The notes beneath the pieces were generated by a model. It saw only the letters and a list, made by a program, of their open reading frames with translations. It was not told the DNA's origin and did not search any database. The translations under genes and the position numbers were made by a program. Below, one piece after another: positions 57,615 to 64,000 of a stretch of DNA of 64,000 nucleotides. Position 1 is the first letter of the stretch. Each line of letters opens with the position of its first letter. This stretch comes from Candidatus Omnitrophota bacterium (GTDB lineage: Bacteria > Omnitrophota > Omnitrophia > Omnitrophales > Aquincolibacteriaceae): NCBI GenBank assembly GCA_023247035.1, contig JAHFHG010000002.1:12090-76089 (forward strand), in the 5' to 3' direction.

Positions 57615-58712
57615 ATGTCCCGTCAGGCGCAGGTTATCTTTATTTCGGTCTACGTTCTTATCGCCCTAGGCATTATCATGACCTATAGCGCCAGCGCTGT
57701 GTATGCGGAGCGGGTCTATTCGAATCCGAATCATTTTTTGACAAGGCAATTGCTTTATGCCGTTTTAGGCACGCTGGTTTTATTTTTTACCGCTTCCGTT
57801 CCGATTGTATTCTGGAAACGCCGCGCGCGCGCCATGATTTTGACCGCCATTTTCCTTCTGATCCTTGTTTATTTGCCCGTCATCGGCCACAGCGCGGGAG
57901 GGGCGCGCCGTTGGATCGGCCTGGGGGTTATCAATTTCCAGCCCGCGGAATTTGCGAAGATCGCGGCGTCTCTTTATCTGGCCGATTATCTTTCCCGGAA
58001 AAAAAACATCATAAAAAAAGGAAGCCTCTCGGTTTTTTTTCCTCCGCTTCTTCTTATCGGGTGCATCTCGTCCTTGACGCTTCTCCAGCCGGATTTGGGG
58101 TCCACGGCATTTATTTTTTTGATCGTCGTCGTCTTATTTTTTCTCGGCGGCATCCGCTTGCGTTATATTCTAGGATCGGTCGCGTTGATGATTCCCGTTT
58201 TCTATTTTCTCGTGGCGCGCGCGCCGTACCGCGTCAGCCGGATCACGGCCTATTTGAATCCGTGGGAAGATCCTCAAGGCAGCGGCTTTCAAATTATTCA
58301 GTCCTTTCTGGCGTTTGGACTAGGCGGCCTGAAGGGCGCGGGGCTCGGCCAGGGAATGCAGAAACTTTTTTATCTTCCCTCGAGCTATAACGATTTTATT
58401 TTTTCAATCCTCGCCGAAGAATTGGGGTTGATCGGTATTTTATTTGTGTTGATTCTCTACGCGGGAATTTTTATCTCCGGTATTCAAATGGCGGAACGCG
58501 CAGCCCAGGATTACGAAAAATTTCTTATCATCGCTTTAGTCTTATCGATTGTCCTTCAGGCGGTCATCCACATGCTTGTGACGATGGGATTAATCCCAAC
58601 GAAAGGCTTGCCGCTGCCTTTTGTGAGTTTCGGGGGAACGGCGCTTATTTTTAATATGATGGCGGTCGGGCTCCTGATGGCCCTGGACAGGCAGATGCGC
58701 GGCCGGGGATAA
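57615..58712 (+). CDS. ftsW: Cell division protein FtsW (SEDS family)
   Basis: 10-TM SEDS pattern with QPDLGS and FIFSILAEELG. Confidence 0.85.
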   Translation: MSRQAQVIFISVYVLIALGIIMTYSASAVYAERVYSNPNHFLTRQLLYAVLGTLVLFFTASVPIVFWKRRARAMILTAIFLLILVYLPVIGHSAGGARRWIGLGVINFQPAEFAKIAASLYLADYLSRKKNIIKKGSLSVFFPPLLLIGCISSLTLLQPDLGSTAFIFLIVVVLFFLGGIRLRYILGSVALMIPVFYFLVARAPYRVSRITAYLNPWEDPQGSGFQIIQSFLAFGLGGLKGAGLGQGMQKLFYLPSSYNDFIFSILAEELGLIGILFVLILYAGIFISGIQMAERAAQDYEKFLIIALVLSIVLQAVIHMLVTMGLIPTKGLPLPFVSFGGTALIFNMMAVGLLMALDRQMRGRG

Positions 58713-58739
58713 AATGAGGAAGCCGCAAAGAAAGAATCC

Positions 58740-59888
58740 GTGCCCGTAACGCAGGAACCTGCCCCGAATCCCCTTACCGCGCTTGTCTTTGCGGGACACT
58801 CGGGGGGGCATCTTTTTCCGGCGCAGGCCTTCGCGGAATGCTTTCGAAAAAGGCGCCGCCGAAGCCGCCTTTATCTTGTCACCGGCCGAAAGGGAAAAAA
58901 TCTAGCGGCCAAAATGCCGCACGGGCTTTTCAACGAAGTCTTTTATTTGGAAGAATTTCCTTTTCCGTCCGGAATTTCCTTGAGATCAATGACCTTTTTG
59001 TTACAATTGCCCAAGGCTTTTTTAGCGTCTGCAAATCTTTTGCTTCGCTTCAAACCGGACGTGTGCGCGGGCTTCGGCAGCTACGTTTCTTTTCCGGGGA
59101 TATTTCTTGCGTCGCTTTTTAGGATTCCAACGCTTATTCACGAGCAAAACTTAATCCCGGGGAAGGCGACCCGGCTTCTTGCTTCGAGGGTCACGAGCGT
59201 TGCCGTAAGTTTTGAAGAAACTTTGAGCGGCAAACTTGACGGCCGCACCGTCACGGGCCTTCCTCTAAGGTCGCCCTTGCGTGAAAGCGCAAAAAAAAGG
59301 CAGCCCGGGAAAAGAGAAAAGTTTTGCGTATTGGTTGTGGGCGGTTCGCAGGGCGCGCAACGACTCAACGGGCTTTTTTTAGAAGCTTTAGAGGGTTTGA
59401 ATTCTGAAGAAAAGAAAAAAATAGCCGTTATTCATATTGCAGGCACAAACGATTACACGCGCGTCGGAGAATCTTACAAAAAAATGGAAATTGAAAGCGA
59501 CGTTTTTCCTTTCCATGAAAAAATGCAGGAATTATACCTACGGGCCGATATGGCCGTGACGCGCGCCGGCGCGAATACGCTTTTTGAGCTTTCTTTGTTC
59601 CGGCTTCCCGCGATTGTGGTTCCTTATCCTTATGCGGAGGCGCACCAGGCCGCCAACGCAGCCTATTTTGAATCCAGGCAGGCGATCGTTTTTAAAAATC
59701 AAGACACTTTGAGCGCTTACGATCTGCGCCGGGAAATCCTGCGCCTTATGAACAGTCCCGAGGATTGTGAAAGGCTTTCGGAAAACATCGCGGAAATTTA
59801 TTCGGCGGAAGCGGAGGAGCGTCTTGTGGACTTGGCCGAAAACTTAATTCCAAAACTGCGGAAGACTTACGCCTATTGTGGATTCTGA
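58740..59888 (+). CDS. murG: Undecaprenyl-PP-MurNAc-pentapeptide-UDP-GlcNAc GlcNAc transferase
   Basis: LVFAGHSGGHLFPAQA and a GT28 C-terminal domain. Confidence 0.85.
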   Translation: MPVTQEPAPNPLTALVFAGHSGGHLFPAQAFAECFRKRRRRSRLYLVTGRKGKNLAAKMPHGLFNEVFYLEEFPFPSGISLRSMTFLLQLPKAFLASANLLLRFKPDVCAGFGSYVSFPGIFLASLFRIPTLIHEQNLIPGKATRLLASRVTSVAVSFEETLSGKLDGRTVTGLPLRSPLRESAKKRQPGKREKFCVLVVGGSQGAQRLNGLFLEALEGLNSEEKKKIAVIHIAGTNDYTRVGESYKKMEIESDVFPFHEKMQELYLRADMAVTRAGANTLFELSLFRLPAIVVPYPYAEAHQAANAAYFESRQAIVFKNQDTLSAYDLRREILRLMNSPEDCERLSENIAEIYSAEAEERLVDLAENLIPKLRKTYAYCGF

Positions 59889-61272
59889 TTTGATCCGCGA
59901 ATCGCGGCACGCTTATTTCATAGGAATCGGCGGGGTGGGAATGAGCGCCCTTGCGCGCGTGCTCCGGCATCAAGGGCTCAGGGTTTCAGGCTCCGATTCC
60001 AAGGAGACTTATACGACACGCGAACTTCTCAAAAACGGAATTCCCGTCGCCATTGGACAAAAAGAAGTCGGATTCACGGACGCCGATATGATTATTTACT
60101 CTTCCGCTATTCAGCCGGATCATATCGAGCTTCGGGCCGCACGCTCGCTAGGCAGGAAAATTTATCACCGCGCGGAAATTTTGTCCTCCCTTTTAAATCG
60201 CGCAAAGACCTCCATCGCGATCACCGGAACTCACGGTAAAACAACGACCTCGTCCATGATTTCTTTTATCCTGACGGAACTCGGCAAAAATCCTACTTGC
60301 CTCGTGGGCGGAGAGGTCGTCAATTGGGGCACCAATACGGTCTTGGGAAGCTCCGACCTTTGGGTCTCGGAAGTGGATGAAAGCGATAAGACGCACGAAC
60401 TCTACGCGCCCAACTACGCCATTGTCACGAATCTTGAAGAAGACCACATTGATCATTACCACGGACTGGAGGACCTTAAAGATTCTTTCGAGCGTTTTTT
60501 GAGCCACTTAAGGAATCCCGGGCTGGTCGTTTATTCCGAGGATGATCCGGTCCTTAAGGAACTCGTCCTGAAAAGCGGCCGTCCGCAAATAAGTTTCGGG
60601 TTGTCGCCTTCCGCGGATTTTTCCGCGCGGAATATACGGATGACCGATTATGGCTCCGAATTCGACCTTTACGAATACGGTCTTTTCTCGATCCCCATCA
60701 AACTCTCGGTGCCGGGAATGCACAATATTGCGAACGCCCTTGCAGCCCTTTCGGTGTTTGCCCAGCTGGGCCTGGATATGGATTCGATTCCACCTTATTT
60801 TTTCAAATTCCGCGGCGCGCGCCGGCGCCTGGAAATCAAGTGGTCCTCTAAAGACTGCACGGTCATCGATGATTACGCCCATCATCCTACCGAAGTCCGC
60901 GCCTCCATCCGTGCGCTCCGGCGGACGGGGCAGCGCTTGACGGTTGTTTTTCAGCCCCACCGCTTCAGCCGGACAGGCTATTTTTTCAAACAGTTCGGGC
61001 AGGCCTTCGGAGAGGCCGACGAGGTCATTCTTACGGATATTTACGGGGCCGGTGAAAGCAATACGGAACAGATCGACGTCCGCTGGATTTATGACGAAGT
61101 TGTGGCTTCGGGCCATCCCCGCGTGCACATTTTGGAAAAACATAAAATTTTGGAATACCTTTTATTGAATCCCTCCCGCCGGAGCGGAACGATCGCGTTT
61201 CTCGGGGCCGGAGACATCGGAGAACTTGCGGATGAGTTTGCGAACCGATTTAAAGACCTTACTCCGGTCTGA
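59878..61272 (+). CDS. murC: UDP-N-acetylmuramate--L-alanine ligase
   Basis: YFIGIGGVGMSALA...ITGTHGKTTT. GTG start overlapping the murG stop. Confidence 0.9.
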   Translation: MDSDLIRESRHAYFIGIGGVGMSALARVLRHQGLRVSGSDSKETYTTRELLKNGIPVAIGQKEVGFTDADMIIYSSAIQPDHIELRAARSLGRKIYHRAEILSSLLNRAKTSIAITGTHGKTTTSSMISFILTELGKNPTCLVGGEVVNWGTNTVLGSSDLWVSEVDESDKTHELYAPNYAIVTNLEEDHIDHYHGLEDLKDSFERFLSHLRNPGLVVYSEDDPVLKELVLKSGRPQISFGLSPSADFSARNIRMTDYGSEFDLYEYGLFSIPIKLSVPGMHNIANALAALSVFAQLGLDMDSIPPYFFKFRGARRRLEIKWSSKDCTVIDDYAHHPTEVRASIRALRRTGQRLTVVFQPHRFSRTGYFFKQFGQAFGEADEVILTDIYGAGESNTEQIDVRWIYDEVVASGHPRVHILEKHKILEYLLLNPSRRSGTIAFLGAGDIGELADEFANRFKDLTPV

Positions 61273-62170
61273 AGTTAAGCTTTCTAATTATTGCACGATG
61301 CAGGTCGGAGGAACGGCCAGGTATTTTGCCGAACCCTCCCAAGAGGAGGAACTCCTCGATCTGATCGAATTTTCCCGCCACGAGAATATTCCCTTTTTTA
61401 TCTTGGGCAAAGGTTCCAACGTCATTTTTCCGGACGAAGGCTATCCCGGGCTCGTCATCACGCTTATTCATTATGAACTGGATCGTTTCCGTTTTGATGC
61501 GCATCAATGTCTTCTGAACGCTTCCGCCGGCATTCACCTTTACCGGCTGTGCCTTCTGTGCCGGGATCACGGGATGGGAGGCGCGGAATTTTTGGCCAAT
61601 ATTCCGGGCACGCTCGGAGGAGCCCTGTTTATGAATGCGGGATTCAGCCGTTTTCCCGGCCAGAAAAGTGAAATCAGCGATCTCACCGAAGAAGTTACGG
61701 TCCTGGATACGCAGGGTGTGAAAGAAACCCTTCAGCGCTCCCAGCTTCAATTTACTTATCGCCACTCGAATCTGGAGGGAAAAATTGTTCTGGGAGGGAC
61801 GCTTCGATTGTGGCGCCGCCGTCCGGAAGAAATTCAAAAAGAAATTCAGGCGAATTTTGCCTATCGAAATGACAAGCAGGACCTCAAACACCCGAGCTCG
61901 GGATCTATTTTTAAGAATCCCGCAGCGCTGCAGGATCAAACGGATGGATTAAAATTTCGTTCTGCCGGAGAGATCATCGAAGGCTTGGGCGTAAAGGGAA
62001 TGCGGCTTGGCGGGGCGGCCGTTTCTCCCAAGCACGGCAATTATATTATCAATACCGGCGGCGCGAAAAGTTCCGATATTATTCAACTGATCCGTAAAGT
62101 CCAACACATGGTTTTTGATGCTACAGGATTTTTCCTCGAACCCGAGGTTCGCATTATCGAAAAGTCTTAG
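61226..62170 (+). CDS. murB: UDP-N-acetylenolpyruvoylglucosamine reductase
   Basis: FAD-binding MurB N-terminus (TMQVGGTARYF) and a C-terminal MurB_C. Start uncertain because it overlaps the murC 3' end. Confidence 0.8.
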   Translation: MRMSLRTDLKTLLRSEVKLSNYCTMQVGGTARYFAEPSQEEELLDLIEFSRHENIPFFILGKGSNVIFPDEGYPGLVITLIHYELDRFRFDAHQCLLNASAGIHLYRLCLLCRDHGMGGAEFLANIPGTLGGALFMNAGFSRFPGQKSEISDLTEEVTVLDTQGVKETLQRSQLQFTYRHSNLEGKIVLGGTLRLWRRRPEEIQKEIQANFAYRNDKQDLKHPSSGSIFKNPAALQDQTDGLKFRSAGEIIEGLGVKGMRLGGAAVSPKHGNYIINTGGAKSSDIIQLIRKVQHMVFDATGFFLEPEVRIIEKS

Positions 62171-63116
62171 AATTGGCGTCCTCCTTGGGGGCTCCTCTTC
62201 AGAGCGAAAAATTTCTATCCGTTCCGGCCGCGCCGTCAGCAACGCGCTGCGCCGTATCGGATTTAAAACACTTCCGCTGGACGCGAAGTATTCCAATCGC
62301 TTCAAGACGTGGCGCGATCATATTGATTTGGCGTTCGTGGCGCTTCACGGCCGAGGCGGTGAGGACGGCCAAATTCAAAAAACCCTGGAGCAGTGGAAGG
62401 TGCCTTATATAGGTTCTGACGCGCCGAGCAGCCTGAGGGCCTTTCACAAGGGAATAAGCAAAAAAGTTTTTGCGCAGCAGAAAATCTCCACGCCGCCCTT
62501 TCTTCAGGTCCATGCCTCGAACTGGCGGAAGCAATTGAAGCATTTTCCGGTTCCGTTTGTCGTCAAGCCTTTCTGTGAAGGTTCCAGCATCGGCGTTTTT
62601 ATCGTTGAAGATTTAAAGAAGGAAGACGAAAAAATAAGGCGCGCCTTGAATCTTTACGGCGAGCTTTTAATAGAAAAAAAAATTGAAGGAAGGGAATTTA
62701 CAGTGGGCATCTTAGGCCCTAGCGCTCTCCCCGTCGTCGAGCTTAAGACGAAACGTTCTTTTTACGATTACCGCGCAAAATACACCCGGGGAATGACGGA
62801 ATACGAAGCGCCGGCCCTCATTGCCGATTCCTTAAAAAGACGGCTCCAAAACCTGGCTTTAAAAGTTCACAAAAGCCTCGGCTTACGCGACTTCTCCAGG
62901 GTGGATATGATGGTCGACGAGAAAGGAAATCCGTATGTGCTTGAGGCCAATTCCATTCCCGGATTCACGGAACTGAGCCTTCTGCCTAAAGCGGCCCAGG
63001 CCGCCGGATTTTCTTTTGAGGAGCTTTGTTACACGTTGGTCCGGCTGGGGTATGAAAGGAACAAACAGTTGAAGCAAACTCTAAAAGGACGGTCCCATGG
63101 CAAAAAAGAGGCGTAA
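62118..63116 (+). CDS. ddl: D-alanine--D-alanine ligase
   Basis: RIGVLLGGSSSERKISIRSG and an ATP-grasp C-terminus (EANSIPGFT). Confidence 0.85.
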   Translation: MLQDFSSNPRFALSKSLRIGVLLGGSSSERKISIRSGRAVSNALRRIGFKTLPLDAKYSNRFKTWRDHIDLAFVALHGRGGEDGQIQKTLEQWKVPYIGSDAPSSLRAFHKGISKKVFAQQKISTPPFLQVHASNWRKQLKHFPVPFVVKPFCEGSSIGVFIVEDLKKEDEKIRRALNLYGELLIEKKIEGREFTVGILGPSALPVVELKTKRSFYDYRAKYTRGMTEYEAPALIADSLKRRLQNLALKVHKSLGLRDFSRVDMMVDEKGNPYVLEANSIPGFTELSLLPKAAQAAGFSFEELCYTLVRLGYERNKQLKQTLKGRSHGKKEA

Positions 63117-63924
63117 GAAAAGCGGCAAGGGGCCGGGCATTGGGACGGCGCTGGCCGCAGGAGTTAAACTTTCGGCCCAATTCGTCGTCAAGGCCTTTCC
63201 CTTTTTTCTCCTTCTGGTTGCGGCCGCGGCCCTTGGGTTCGGCATTCGAAGCGCTTTATATGCCGATTCGTATTTAAGCATTCAGAAGATTGCCGTGAAA
63301 CCGCCGGAGGCGCTTGCTGTAAAACATTTGGAGCGGCTCAAGGAAAGGCTTCTGGGGAAGAACATTTTGGCGCTGGACATTCAGAGCGTCGCTGAAGAAC
63401 TGGAGCGGGATCCGGAAATCCGCACAGCCCGCGTTCATAAATTGCTGCCCTTTGAACTGGAGATTGAGATTGAAAAGCGCGCTCCTTTTGCTTTTCTCCG
63501 GCTTCCGGGCAAGGGCGCCTACGGGATCATTTCTGAAGACGGCATGATTCTGGATACTGTCCCGGAGCGCAATGTTTCGGGCCTTATCGTGGAAGCCTCA
63601 GACCTCGGCGTTGGAAATCCTTCTGCTGGAAAAAAAGTTGAGATCCGCGGATTGGAAGACGCGGTGAAATTTTCCGGAGAATTCCAAAATCATATCCTGG
63701 CCCGGTATGAAACGCTTACAAAAATAGATTTGGATCACTTGGGGAATGCGACGATCACCTTAGGCCGCGGGCCGGCGGTCCGGCTGGGCCGGCGTCCTAC
63801 GGAAAAGCTGGCCGCGCTGGAGCAGGTTTTGCCTCTCATCGAAGGACAAGGCCGCGAAAAAATTGATTACATTGACTTGGAGTTTGAAAATGTCATCATC
63901 AAACATAAACGGGGAGTGAAATGA
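63097..63924 (+). CDS. ftsQ: Cell division protein FtsQ/DivIB (single TM, POTRA)
   Basis: Basic N-terminus, a TM helix and a POTRA-like region; positioned between ddl and ftsA. Confidence 0.7.
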   Translation: MAKKRRKKSGKGPGIGTALAAGVKLSAQFVVKAFPFFLLLVAAAALGFGIRSALYADSYLSIQKIAVKPPEALAVKHLERLKERLLGKNILALDIQSVAEELERDPEIRTARVHKLLPFELEIEIEKRAPFAFLRLPGKGAYGIISEDGMILDTVPERNVSGLIVEASDLGVGNPSAGKKVEIRGLEDAVKFSGEFQNHILARYETLTKIDLDHLGNATITLGRGPAVRLGRRPTEKLAALEQVLPLIEGQGREKIDYIDLEFENVIIKHKRGVK

Positions 63925-64000
63925 CTTTTGAAATCAAACCGGGGAAAGTAACGGTCTACATCGGGAGCCATAAACTGGTCGCTCTGGAAGGAAACGCAGA
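63921..64000 (+). CDS. ftsA: Cell division protein FtsA, N-terminal fragment (runs off the window)
   Basis: MTFEIKPGKVTVYIGSHKLVALEG resembles the FtsA actin-fold phosphate-1 start. ATG overlaps the ftsQ stop. Confidence 0.45.
   Translation, partial: MTFEIKPGKVTVYIGSHKLVALEGNA

Noticed and set aside
1-64000. CRISPR arrays or rRNA/tRNA genes
   Set aside because: No regularly spaced direct repeats and no rRNA- or tRNA-like conserved segments were noticed anywhere in the window.

Overview
This 64 kb window is gene-dense and almost entirely + strand. It looks like bacterial chromosome, roughly 50-55% GC by eye. Left to right: (1) a glycan/LPS-type locus (sugar-phosphate transferase, GT2, DegT aminotransferase, GmhB-like HAD phosphatase, GT28, GT4, GT2), interleaved with housekeeping genes (family-4 UDG, priA, def-fmt). 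(2) Two tandem, overlapping sensor kinases, one of them a REC-GAF-HK hybrid, followed by a DsbD-like protein, a SplB-like radical SAM protein and an aminotransferase. (3) Small coupled ORFs, a GIY-YIG protein, ribE, a 611-aa P-loop protein with an HprK/PEPCK-like motif, and the cobalamin amidation genes cbiA/cobQ plus cbiX. (4) A candidate acquired island starting at a frameshifted IS110-family transposase remnant (26.56-27.1 kb). It carries a tightly packed RiPP-like operon: a 64-aa Ser/Thr/Asn/Cys-rich precursor-like ORF, an HprK-related P-loop kinase and a radical SAM/SPASM enzyme, with a convergent S24/S26-like peptidase whose nucleophile Ser is replaced by Cys. Next to it is a single 6.2 kb ORF (about 2060 aa) with an AT-rich middle section. 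That ORF encodes a signal-peptide-like N-terminus, a TraB/GumN/TIKI-like domain, an unmistakable sigma-70 region 2 plus region 4 module, and a class I SAM methyltransferase motif. (5) Downstream come a DUF255 thioredoxin protein, a FAD oxidoreductase, a CDF transporter with an OmpR-type two-component system, a PtsN-like EIIA, a YvcK fused to a degenerate receiver domain, an AAA ATPase, a HIT protein, a dGTPase and an HD-GYP/GAF protein. The window ends in a classical dcw cluster: murE-murF-mraY-murD-ftsW-murG-murC-murB-ddl-ftsQ-ftsA(start). Two small palindromic repeat families recur. One is a 57-67 nt double-hairpin unit, with one copy inside the giant ORF. The other is a roughly 115-150 bp MITE-like element with terminal inverted repeats, which follows two genes. 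No rRNA, tRNA or CRISPR array was recognised. All calls are based on reading the sequence and ORF translations by eye; no database searches were run.
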